A stretch of DNA of 31,032 bases from a virus (taxonomy: Duplodnaviria > Caudoviricetes): positions 1-31,032 of IMG/VR virus record IMGVR_UViG_3300043436_000442, one strand, 5' to 3'. The translations under genes and the position numbers were made by a program. Of this stretch, positions 1 through 7,470 are shown piece after piece. Each line of letters begins with the position of its first letter. Positions within the stretch are counted from its first letter, which is position 1. The notes below the pieces were generated by a model. That model ran no database searches. It was not told the origin of the DNA and was given only the letters and a program-made list of their open reading frames with translations.

Positions 1-127
1 CCCAACTTGATTTCACGTCTAAAAGTACTTCCTCCGTGTTTACATCAGGTGTTCCCTTAATCCAATCATTCTCAAAGTACTCTTCATTCTTGTAAATGAA
101 TTTTACATCTAAGACATCATTGACAAG
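1..127. repeat. Terminal direct repeat, left copy (identical to 30906-31032); circular assembly overlap
   Basis: cccaacttgatttcacg...cattgacaag occurs at both ends; an ORF reads through the junction. Confidence 0.97.
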
Positions 128-322
128 TGAGATAGATAAATCCTCAACTGCGTTTCCTTTGTCTGTATAGCGACTTGAAAAATCCTTGCGGATTCCGTAT
201 TTCTCTTCCAACACAAGTTCGTGAATGTAAGATTTAGCAGTTTGGCTTAGTAGTTCGCTTTTAGAGCGTGGTGTAGCCATTATTTTTCCAATGGCAGAAC
301 ATCGAATCTTGAGAGCTTTCAT
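1..322 (-). CDS. YqaJ/lambda-type exonuclease, N-terminal part (continues across the circular junction to 30547; 226 aa total)
   Basis: ATG at 322 overlaps the ERF stop (ATGA). Translates MKALKIRCSAIGKIMATPRSK...DKGNAVE...GTPDV...LLDVKSSW, a PD-(D/E)xK exonuclease motif, next to ERF. Confidence 0.85.
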   Translation of the reverse strand, partial: MKALKIRCSAIGKIMATPRSKSELLSQTAKSYIHELVLEEKYGIRKDFSSRYTDKGNAVEDLSISLVNDVLDVKFIYKNEEYFENDWIKGTPDVNTEEVLLDVKSSW

Positions 323-849
323 AGTGCGTTGAGCATATCAATTTGACCTTGTGTTAATGCAAATGCCTTTTCTAAGTTTTCACGCTTGTATGAACCTGCT
401 GCGATGGCTTTGAGTGCTTCTTGGAATCGTTTAGAGTCTATAGCGGGAAGTCCTTTCTTTTCCGTCTTTGAATTGTCTTTAGAATCAGGGTCAGATTCAG
501 TCTCGTCAATTAAGAACAATCCATTGAGAGCATACTTGCGAGCATAACTTGATGCAGTTCCAGTACATTGCTCTGATGACATTCCTTTGTGTTCTCCAAG
601 CTCTGCAAAACCACAAACTGTTATACTTTCACCTGAAGCATCTAAAATGATTGCAGTAGCTTTCAAAAATAGCTTACTACCTACCTCAACTATATTGTCT
701 GTAAGGATTAATTGTAACTCGTGTTTTTGTAGCAATGGCTTAACTGATTCAAGAATCTGCTCCGCACTTCTGTACTTGTACTTTCCAAATGAATTGAAAG
801 AACCTTTTGGGCATTTTAGTTCTGCCTGAACCTTTAATAAATTTTTCAT
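319..849 (-). CDS. erf: ERF-family single-strand annealing protein
   Basis: YKYRSAEQILESVKPLL and GTASSYARKYAL ERF motifs; adjacent to exonuclease. Confidence 0.9.
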   Translation of the reverse strand: MKNLLKVQAELKCPKGSFNSFGKYKYRSAEQILESVKPLLQKHELQLILTDNIVEVGSKLFLKATAIILDASGESITVCGFAELGEHKGMSSEQCTGTASSYARKYALNGLFLIDETESDPDSKDNSKTEKKGLPAIDSKRFQEALKAIAAGSYKRENLEKAFALTQGQIDMLNAL

Positions 850-894
850 AGCGTTTATTATTGCGTGCGTTACGGATGCGCACCCCCCGTTTGA

Positions 895-1110
895 TTAAAT
901 CGAATAAATATGAATGGTATTATATGAATAAGGCAATATAAAATGATTTGGATTTTCATTTGCATTTCTATCAAAGATTGGTTCGCAATATGCTCCAGCC
1001 ATACTTAAGTATTTAGCTTTAATTGTGGCTAAATCTGCATTTCCAATAATCTCATCACGATAAATATCTTTACCATAAGAAGTATACCTTACCATTTTAA
1101 AAGTTTTCAT
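895..1110 (-). CDS. Hypothetical 71-aa protein, first gene after the promoter at 1135-1164
   Basis: Start re-called to ATG 1110 (AAAACGCTATGAAA) because the longer ORF start lies inside the promoter; AT-rich. Confidence 0.65.
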   Translation of the reverse strand: MKTFKMVRYTSYGKDIYRDEIIGNADLATIKAKYLSMAGAYCEPIFDRNANENPNHFILPYSYNTIHIYSI

Positions 1111-1134
1111 AGCGTTTTGTTTAAATGTTATATG

Positions 1135-1164
1135 CAAATATAGATATTATATTTATATCTACAA
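1135..1164 (-). promoter_or_regulatory. Bacteroidota housekeeping-sigma promoter
   Basis: Minus strand TTG (1164-1162), 19-nt spacer, TATATTTG (1142-1135); matches the -33/-7 consensus. Confidence 0.8.
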
Positions 1165-1171
1165 CATTTTT

Positions 1172-1525
1172 TCAAATTTTTTTAAATAAATCTTCCATCG
1201 GTAGCAATATTCCTTTGCTGGTATTGGAATCTCCGCCTAAAATATCTCTGTTTGTGCCTATGTATTTTCTGCACATCTGCTTTAATTCGCTTGTTTCAAT
1301 CAAAATGCTTCGTGTTTTACTAAACCAATACACCCACCACTTAGCTTCTGTTGTACTAATTCCACTTTTCTTACCTCTGCTTTCATATTCTACGAATATA
1401 TTGCCAGTATCATAGCACTTAAAATCCCTTTTTACTTCGATTGTAGACGCTATTACCTCGCTTAGTAGGGTTTCATACTCCTGACCTACTTCGAGGTCGT
1501 AACGGAAGTCGCTATTGTATTTCAT
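1172..1525 (-). CDS. PD-(D/E)xK-like nuclease-fold phage protein
   Basis: IEVKRD...TGNIFVEYESRGKKSGISTTEAKWW pattern. Confidence 0.55.
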   Translation of the reverse strand: MKYNSDFRYDLEVGQEYETLLSEVIASTIEVKRDFKCYDTGNIFVEYESRGKKSGISTTEAKWWVYWFSKTRSILIETSELKQMCRKYIGTNRDILGGDSNTSKGILLPMEDLFKKI

Positions 1526-2030
1526 TTTTAATCTTTTGTTTGTAGGTTTTGATTATTTCTTTGAGTTCGTCTTTTGTAAACTTCCGTGTTACCCTTGCTC
1601 TTGCTTCCAGTTGGTCAAATCTTTCTTGTCCGATTTTCAAACATAGGTTTGTTCGATATTCCAACAAGTTGCCTGATAGATAGCTATTGCATCGCTCGCA
1701 TTGAACGTGAACATTGTCCTCGTCAAATCTTACGTTCCAATGGTTATTAGCGTTCCAGAAGTGACCTGCGTTTACTTTCTTTGGTTTCTGTTTACAAGAG
1801 ATGCATAGTTCGTCTTTGTCTCGCTCTCTAATGTATTTGTTGAAGACTAACTGAGCGGCTTTGACAAGGTCTTGCACCGTCTCTAACTCTGCTTTCATTC
1901 GTGTTTTAGTCTGCTTCCATTGCTTCTCTTTTGTTTCGGCTACAAATACACGGAGACACTCATCCTTTAAGCAGTACTTTTGATTGAAGCGAATAGTCTC
2001 AAACTTCTCCTTGCAGTTCTTGCATCTCAT
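1512..2030 (-). CDS. ninG: NinG/Rap-family recombination endonuclease
   Basis: CxxC start; AQLVFNKYIRERD, CISC, AGHF, RFDEDNVHVQCERCN..LSGNLLEYR motifs. Confidence 0.9.
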   Translation of the reverse strand: MRCKNCKEKFETIRFNQKYCLKDECLRVFVAETKEKQWKQTKTRMKAELETVQDLVKAAQLVFNKYIRERDKDELCISCKQKPKKVNAGHFWNANNHWNVRFDEDNVHVQCERCNSYLSGNLLEYRTNLCLKIGQERFDQLEARARVTRKFTKDELKEIIKTYKQKIKNEIQ

Positions 2031-2719
2031 AATTCAAATTTTAATTGCAATTTTTCTATTGGTACAAATTCTTGATTTATTTTATCAGTTTTTTCAAAAT
2101 TAAATTTTGATTTTTGTTCGTGCTTTGGATATGGCTCTTGATTCCAAATTGTTTTTAAATTGTTATCATATATAATTAAATACCTATGCTTTCTTGATTT
2201 TATCCTCCATTCTCCTTTTAAACCTTTACACTTACCACGTTGTAATTTTACAAATGAACCGTCTTCTTGCAATATGAAAAAATCCTTTTTTTGTGATGTT
2301 AATCCATAATATTTAAAATTGCAGGCTTGGTAAATATATCCACTATGAAAATCACTGTCTGCATATGTCAATAATGCAACGACATTTTTTATTTTTCTTA
2401 ATAATTTAATGCTTGATGATAAGAAAAACGATGTGATATTTTTTTCGTGTTTGTGTGGGTTTAGACATAATCTTCCCAACTCCATAAAACCTTCTAAATT
2501 GTATGTATTTAATCCAAAACAACCTTTGGCAATTTCTTTTGCAGATACGCTATGAAAAATACATACACCAATCAACAAGTTAGTTTCTTTTTCAATTAAA
2601 CCAAAATTAATACCACTTCTAAAATTTCCATCTTCGTGTAAATAATGATATTCATCTAATAGCTTTTTAGCACTATTTCGGCTTATTTTTTCAATTATAT
2701 ATCTATCCTTTAATTTCAT
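2027..2719 (-). CDS. mom: Mom-like (GNAT-fold) DNA adenine-modification protein
   Basis: YHYLH, ELGRLCL, LLTYADSDFHSGYIYQACNF motifs resemble the Mu Mom family; visibly AT-richer than neighbours. Confidence 0.75.
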   Translation of the reverse strand: MKLKDRYIIEKISRNSAKKLLDEYHYLHEDGNFRSGINFGLIEKETNLLIGVCIFHSVSAKEIAKGCFGLNTYNLEGFMELGRLCLNPHKHEKNITSFFLSSSIKLLRKIKNVVALLTYADSDFHSGYIYQACNFKYYGLTSQKKDFFILQEDGSFVKLQRGKCKGLKGEWRIKSRKHRYLIIYDNNLKTIWNQEPYPKHEQKSKFNFEKTDKINQEFVPIEKLQLKFEL

Positions 2720-2731
2720 AGCGTTTTAGTT

Positions 2732-2986
2732 TTATACAGTTATGTTCTCAGCTATCCATTGACGGAATGCTCGTTGTAAGTCTACTTGCTCACTCCAAAT
2801 CTTTTCTGCGTTTGGTTCGTCTATTCGTAGAATTGCTCTATCTACTTTGTCAATCTCTTGGAGTAGCATATTGGCTTTGTTTTTAAGTCCTTGTCTAAAC
2901 ACGGATTGGTCGTTAAGGTCTTCAATGAAGTCTCTCATTACCGGTAAGAATGCACATAGTGCCACTAATTTTTGTTCTCTTGTCAT
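2732..2986 (-). CDS. Hypothetical protein
   Basis: 84-aa ORF in a coupled minus-strand chain (ATGA overlap). Confidence 0.75.
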   Translation of the reverse strand: MTREQKLVALCAFLPVMRDFIEDLNDQSVFRQGLKNKANMLLQEIDKVDRAILRIDEPNAEKIWSEQVDLQRAFRQWIAENITV

Positions 2987-3222
2987 TTTTTTAAGAATTT
3001 AAGTGCTTGATTTTTATTTTTAAATTGATGTACTACAAATTTTCGTTCTGTGAAGTCGTATCTAACTGCTCGTAGTTCACGCAACACTCTTGCTCGTGTG
3101 CATCGCTTACAGCTGAACAGAGTTCCTCTTCTGCTTTTAAGATTGTATTCTCGTTTATTTTGGTCGAATTTATCGATTGTTTTAAACTGGTAACAAGACC
3201 AACATTGTACTTTGTCATTCAT
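2983..3222 (-). CDS. Small zinc-finger protein
   Basis: CWSC...CKRC pair; ATGA overlaps on both sides. Confidence 0.7.
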   Translation of the reverse strand: MNDKVQCWSCYQFKTIDKFDQNKREYNLKSRRGTLFSCKRCTRARVLRELRAVRYDFTERKFVVHQFKNKNQALKFLKK

Positions 3223-3494
3223 CGTCTTTTAAAAGTAAATTTTCTAAAATAATCTGGTATCTCGTTAGTATATTTTTCGAGAAAATAATCTTCTGCTTCT
3301 ATTGATATATTCATACTTTGATACCTTTCTCTGTGTATACATCCGTCTTTAAATATGTTTTTGATTTGTCTTTTGTCTCTTTTAATAGCTTTTTTTTCTA
3401 ATGCTTTAATCCATATATCCAACTCTGAATTTGGTTCAAATGCGATTTGTTTTTTAAACTCTTTTAAAAACCATTGTGTTGTTGTCTTTCTCAT
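3219..3494 (-). CDS. Hypothetical protein (AT-rich accessory gene)
   Basis: 91-aa ORF, AACTATG start, ATGA overlap with the next gene. Confidence 0.7.
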   Translation of the reverse strand: MRKTTTQWFLKEFKKQIAFEPNSELDIWIKALEKKAIKRDKRQIKNIFKDGCIHRERYQSMNISIEAEDYFLEKYTNEIPDYFRKFTFKRR

Positions 3495-3496
3495 AG

Positions 3497-3556
3497 TTAT
3501 ATGTTTTTACGTATAATTTCGTTTCTATTCGTCTTTTTATATGCTTAGGCGTATAG
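3497..3556. repeat. Two imperfect palindromes TTATATG-N6-CGTATA(A/G), 40 bp apart
   Basis: 3497-3516 TTATATGTTTTTACGTATAA; 3537-3556 TTATATGCTTAGGCGTATAG. Confidence 0.7.
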
Positions 3557-3853
3557 TTAAAGGTCTATGTCTTTAAACTTTAGTTCGTCTTTTAGTTCCT
3601 GATAAGCTACTCGAAGCTGAGCGTTACGTCTTGCAAGCTGATTGAGTTCTCGGTTTAGGCCTTTGATTTCGTTTTCCATTTCGATGATTACCAATTCAGT
3701 CTTGAGTAACTGCTCTTCTGATTCCTTACTTCCTTTGATGTAGTCTTTAGCATCAGGTTTATCTATCTCAAGTTTTTCACGTACGTTTTTAATCCGTTCT
3801 CGAACTACCCAAATAGTGTTCTTAGCCCAAAGAATCTTCAATGATAAATCCAT
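3557..3853 (-). CDS. Coiled-coil hypothetical protein
   Basis: Heptad-rich charged 98-aa ORF directly after the helicase. Confidence 0.75.
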   Translation of the reverse strand: MDLSLKILWAKNTIWVVRERIKNVREKLEIDKPDAKDYIKGSKESEEQLLKTELVIIEMENEIKGLNRELNQLARRNAQLRVAYQELKDELKFKDIDL

Positions 3854-3854
3854 T

Positions 3855-4832
3855 TTAAAAGTTTTTGTTTATAGGTAATTTACTTTGAGTTTCTGGTTTG
3901 TATGGATTGCGGTCTGCATAAACACGGTTGCCTTTAAAGTCAAGCATATAGTACTGATACTTTTCCAAATCTAAATACAATTTGTAAACTCCGTTTTTTG
4001 ATACGCCTTTCGGTTTACTCTTAGCAACTTTCAAATGTACTTCATTTTTTTCAGCTCCGCTTCCATCCGCATCTAAAAGTCCGTAAGGAGGCCTCCAAGG
4101 AATCAAGACGCTAAGACCTTTTCTAAACCATACTTGCCCTCCAGCAAAATCCCTTGCACTTGGCATAGGAAAGTAACTTATGTCAGTTCCTGCTATCGTC
4201 TTTGCAGTTACCATAGGTTGGTCTCTTACGTGGTTGATTACGCAGTTGTGTCTTCCAGTCTTTCTTGCGTTTTTTCGTACAAGACCAAGAATCCTACTCA
4301 AGTACTTATCTTCTCGGCCTAAATCAGCAGGTATAAACTCCTCAGTTAATTCATTCCAAGGGTCTATAGTTGTAGTGTGAATCTTAATTCCCTCCTTGCG
4401 TTCAATCTCATCTACTAAATCATAAAATTTAGTTATAGTTAAATCTTCGTCTATAGGGTCAATGACTATGAAATGCTCGTTTACAAACATCTCAGCTCTT
4501 ACCTGCTCTCCGTTTGTCATTGAATTTTGACCTTGAACGTATGGCTTTCCAATATACTTGTAACATAACTCTGAAAATATCTCAGCACTACTTCCAGTCT
4601 CAGGAGAAAATATTACGTGATTCCAACCGTGCAAACAAGAAAGGTTGATAAGTAGTTCAAACCATAGTTCCGTTTTACCTGATGCAGGAGCTGAACCTAT
4701 GTAAGTAGTTATACCCTCTTTAATTGTAAATGGAAGCATATCCCAACTCCAACCAACAGATTTACCTCTGACATCAACTTGTTGACGTACTGCGAACATT
4801 TCTTTATTTAGGTCTGTAAGTCTTTTGTACAT
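3855..4832 (-). CDS. DnaB/RecA-like P-loop replicative helicase
   Basis: Walker A GSAPASGKT, FSPE, Walker B TTTIDPWN, VAKSKPK; follows the replication initiator. Start re-called to ATG 4832. Confidence 0.8.
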   Translation of the reverse strand: MYKRLTDLNKEMFAVRQQVDVRGKSVGWSWDMLPFTIKEGITTYIGSAPASGKTELWFELLINLSCLHGWNHVIFSPETGSSAEIFSELCYKYIGKPYVQGQNSMTNGEQVRAEMFVNEHFIVIDPIDEDLTITKFYDLVDEIERKEGIKIHTTTIDPWNELTEEFIPADLGREDKYLSRILGLVRKNARKTGRHNCVINHVRDQPMVTAKTIAGTDISYFPMPSARDFAGGQVWFRKGLSVLIPWRPPYGLLDADGSGAEKNEVHLKVAKSKPKGVSKNGVYKLYLDLEKYQYYMLDFKGNRVYADRNPYKPETQSKLPINKNF

Positions 4833-4833
4833 T

Positions 4834-5487
4834 TTAACAACCCTCCCATATTTCAGTTTGTGTAACAATTTTATTTTCTCGTAGGTACGGCATAGTATTA
4901 GATAAGGTTACTTTCCATCTTAAAATTGGTTGTAGTTTACCGTTTCTGCTTACACTCCAGTCATTCTCTATCCAACTGTTGTACTTCAATTTAACGTCAT
5001 CTGTATTTACGTTTGATTTTAATGAAATAGCATAAGCAATAAATTCATCTAAACTTGGTATAGTTTCTTTCTTATTTTCTTTACTTTCTTTTATTGGTTT
5101 CGTTTGAATTTCGTTTGCGTTTCGTTTGCGTTTCTTTCGTGTTTCATCTGCGTTTCCATCACCTTGATAACTCTCATATTTACAGATAGTTAACTGTGTC
5201 GTTATGTTATCAGAAATCAATTCAATCATTTCGTCTTTTTGAAGCATAACAAGAAAGCGTCTAACTTTGCTTTTATCCCAATTCCAACGATTCGCCCAAC
5301 TATCTAAACTCATAATACTTTGACCTCGTTTTACTTCGTATAGTTTACCTTTAATTACAATTTTAGCATCAGTATAGTTTACATTAAGCAAAAGGTCATA
5401 CCAAGCCTCTAATTTGCTATAAGTACGTTTTTCATTGTAAAGCCAATGGTCAGTAATTGACCTATGTATTTTAATCCAACCGCTCAT
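4834..5487 (-). CDS. Phage replication initiator / replisome organiser
   Basis: MSGWIKIHRSITDHW N-terminus, RGQ..SLDSWANRWNW winged-HTH, low-complexity linker containing iterons, upstream of helicase. Confidence 0.8.
   Translation of the reverse strand: MSGWIKIHRSITDHWLYNEKRTYSKLEAWYDLLLNVNYTDAKIVIKGKLYEVKRGQSIMSLDSWANRWNWDKSKVRRFLVMLQKDEMIELISDNITTQLTICKYESYQGDGNADETRKKRKRNANEIQTKPIKESKENKKETIPSLDEFIAYAISLKSNVNTDDVKLKYNSWIENDWSVSRNGKLQPILRWKVTLSNTMPYLRENKIVTQTEIWEGC
5062..5156. repeat. Putative replication origin: six 11-bp-period iterons plus an A/T tract inside the initiator gene
   Basis: (G/A)TTTC at 5097, 5108, 5119, 5130, 5141, 5152; unit GAAACGCAAAC on the minus strand; adjacent T-rich tract 5062-5095. 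Confidence 0.7.
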
Positions 5488-5714
5488 TATTTTGAGGTTT
5501 TAATAGCTCTCGTAATAGATTCGTTCTGCGTTTCTAATAAAGATTGATTTGCACGTTCAATGGTAAGAATAGTAGGGATGTCTTTTCCAAACTCTCTTAA
5601 AAATTCTTTTTCAATTAATCCGTTAGAATAAATGCAAACGTAAAAAATTTTTTCTCTAATTTCTACTTTCTCGATAGTTCTAACTAAATACCAATCATTT
5701 TTAATTTCAATCAT
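5487..5714 (-). CDS. Hypothetical 75-aa protein
   Basis: Start re-called to ATG 5714, downstream of the terminator; TAATG coupling to the initiator. Confidence 0.6.
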   Translation of the reverse strand: MIEIKNDWYLVRTIEKVEIREKIFYVCIYSNGLIEKEFLREFGKDIPTILTIERANQSLLETQNESITRAIKTSK

Positions 5715-5732
5715 TTTGTAATTTTTAGTAAT

Positions 5733-5829
5733 AAAAAAACCCCTGCAAATCCACTGGAGTCTCACGTCAGTTTCATTACAAGGGTCAATAATTCCTTTAG
5801 GTTAACTATGTTTGAGACTCTAACCCGTA
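5733..5829 (-). ncRNA. Structured leader/small RNA: two hairpins with complementary loops, ending in an intrinsic terminator
   Basis: GGGUUA/UAACCU stem with GAGUCUCA in its loop; ACCCUUGUAA..ACUG/CAGU..UUGCAGGGGU stem with UGAGACUC in its loop; U7 tail. Confidence 0.65.
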
Positions 5830-5837
5830 CAAATATA
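5830..5837 (-). promoter_or_regulatory. -7 promoter element TATATTTG for the structured RNA
   Basis: TAnnTTTG consensus; no -33 TTG at the usual spacing. Confidence 0.55.
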
Positions 5838-5842
5838 ACTCT

Positions 5843-6274
5843 TTACTCTGCTTCTTGTTCTATTTGTTGAAAACTATTCTCGTAGTAACCCATTTTTATT
5901 CGTCTTTTCAAACGCTTGAGACTTGGCATTGTGCTAATCAACATAACATCTCTCTTCAGGTCTGCTCCAATTTCTCCTTTGAATAGCTTTTTTACATTTG
6001 GGAACTTTGAATCTCCGAGTGCCTGTTTGAGTGGTTCTATCTCTGCTAAATAAACTGCATCTTTGAATCTTAAAAGGTCGTTTTGAACGCTGATTCCGTA
6101 CATTATTGTAGCGTGATTCTTTCCAAATATTTCTCCTATTTGACTAAAGGTTAAACCTGCTTGTCTTAGTTCATTGTATATAAAGAAACGCTTGTAGATG
6201 ATTTCTCGCTTTCGTGTTTTATCAGTTAGCTTGTACAATTCAATTAACTGGTGTATGATTTCAAGTCTGTTCAT
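5843..6274 (-). CDS. DnaA domain-IV-like HTH DNA-binding protein
   Basis: RKREIIYKR...LTFSQIGEIFGKNHATIMYG resembles the DnaA C-terminal signature (IG..FG.RDHTTV.H). Confidence 0.7.
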   Translation of the reverse strand: MNRLEIIHQLIELYKLTDKTRKREIIYKRFFIYNELRQAGLTFSQIGEIFGKNHATIMYGISVQNDLLRFKDAVYLAEIEPLKQALGDSKFPNVKKLFKGEIGADLKRDVMLISTMPSLKRLKRRIKMGYYENSFQQIEQEAE

Positions 6275-6417
6275 AGTGGTGTAATAATAAATTTTCCGTC
6301 ATTAAATCTGCCCGTTTCGAGTAAGTCCATCTTTTTCCAGTAACATAAACTCTTGGATGTGAATATCCACTCTTGAACTACTGCGAGTCCTATTTGGTAT
6401 GTTAGTTTAAATCTCAT
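6271..6417 (-). CDS. Hypothetical 48-aa protein (not in ORF track)
   Basis: MRFKLTYQIGLAVVQEWIFTSKSLCYWKKMDLLETGRFNDGKFIITPL; ATGA overlaps at both ends fill the gap exactly. Confidence 0.7.
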   Translation of the reverse strand: MRFKLTYQIGLAVVQEWIFTSKSLCYWKKMDLLETGRFNDGKFIITPL

Positions 6418-6629
6418 AGTTTTTGTATTTCTTGTTTAACTTGTTTCCAATGTTCTATGCCTACCTGATTATTCCCCCAGCATAGGTTTTGAACTGTCTC
6501 AACTGCAATTAATGCGCATTGCTTGGCTTGTATACTGCATTGTATTTCTTCTGTATATTCTTGGCAAATAGTGTAGCATTTACTATATATTTCGTCAGCT
6601 CTTTCTTTTGCTTTTTCTTTTAGTGTCAT
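6414..6629 (-). CDS. Hypothetical protein
   Basis: 71-aa ORF with AKQCALIAV..W.QVKQEIQKL pattern; coupled. Confidence 0.75.
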   Translation of the reverse strand: MTLKEKAKERADEIYSKCYTICQEYTEEIQCSIQAKQCALIAVETVQNLCWGNNQVGIEHWKQVKQEIQKL

Positions 6630-6745
6630 ATCTCTTGCATTTTAATTTCACAAATTCTGTGGTAAAGGTCGTGGTTAAACGAAGTCCAGAATCTCTCTTT
6701 TTGGTATTTACTAAATAAACCAAGATTCCTTCTCGTCAGGTTCAT
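6626..6745 (-). CDS. Hypothetical 39-aa protein
   Basis: Start re-called to ATG 6745 (ACTATG) to avoid a long overlap; ATGA overlap downstream. Confidence 0.5.
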   Translation of the reverse strand: MNLTRRNLGLFSKYQKERFWTSFNHDLYHRICEIKMQEI

Positions 6746-7016
6746 AGTCGAGACATCGCTCAATAAATTCTTGGAATTCGTCTCCTGCTCGCTTGAGGAG
6801 TTCGTCAATGGCATCTTCTGCTTCTTGGATAGTGATGTCTGCTGACCACTGTGCTGATTCAATTTTAAATTCATCTCTTTCATTTATTTTATCATAATCG
6901 TAATACAATTCGATGACACCGATTTCTTGGTCATCTTCTGCTTTATAGACTACCACATCTACTATTCTTTGATGTGCACTGCTATCTGCTTCTCCGAAAT
7001 AATATTTATTTGCCAT
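6711..7016 (-). CDS. Acidic hypothetical early protein
   Basis: Start re-called to ATG 7016; very D/E-rich 101 aa. Confidence 0.7.
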   Translation of the reverse strand: MANKYYFGEADSSAHQRIVDVVVYKAEDDQEIGVIELYYDYDKINERDEFKIESAQWSADITIQEAEDAIDELLKRAGDEFQEFIERCLDYEPDEKESWFI

Positions 7017-7248
7017 ACTTTCTGGTATATACTCCTTGTGCATACTTTACCCAATCTCCTTTGAGTTCATAGTTGGGTTTCATTTCAGTTTGTGGGTCAG
7101 GTAGATTCGTGTCTACAACGGGCGGTGTGTTGGTTGATACAAGCCATACAAACACGGATGCTATCGGAATAAAGAAAATTAAGATGTGACGGAAAAAGTC
7201 TTTGTCGTAGTCGGGCAGTTCTCGCCATTCTTGAATTATTGCTTTCAT
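7006..7248 (-). CDS. Single-pass membrane protein
   Basis: TAATG-coupled start at 7248; hydrophobic ILIFFIPIASVFVWLV segment. Confidence 0.7.
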   Translation of the reverse strand: MKAIIQEWRELPDYDKDFFRHILIFFIPIASVFVWLVSTNTPPVVDTNLPDPQTEMKPNYELKGDWVKYAQGVYTRKYGK

Positions 7249-7415
7249 TATTTTTGAGTTATGTGGTTTAACATTTCGTTTACTTCTTGCCACACGGCGT
7301 AATGTCTTTTTGTTACCGCGTGTAAGTTGCCGTTAGCGTCACGTGCTTCTAAGTACTCTTCCCAAAGCTGACGTTCGCGTGCTTGGATAAATTGGATGAT
7401 TTCTGTTGCTTTCAT
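7248..7415 (-). CDS. Hypothetical 55-aa protein, first early gene (not in ORF track)
   Basis: MKATEIIQFIQARERQLWEEYLEARDANGNLHAVTKRHYAVWQEVNEMLNHITQK; AAACACTATG start just below a consensus promoter. Confidence 0.75.
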   Translation of the reverse strand: MKATEIIQFIQARERQLWEEYLEARDANGNLHAVTKRHYAVWQEVNEMLNHITQK

Positions 7416-7439
7416 AGTGTTTCGTTTTTGATTACCTTA

Positions 7440-7470
7440 CAAAGATATACACAAATATAAACATACCAAA
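7440..7470 (-). promoter_or_regulatory. Main early promoter (Bacteroidota -33/-7)
   Basis: TTTG (7470-7467), 19 nt, TATCTTTG (7447-7440); a second TATATTTG at 7452-7459. Confidence 0.8.

Noticed and set aside
5097-5156. CRISPR-like array
   Set aside because: 11-bp tandem units with no spacers, inside a CDS
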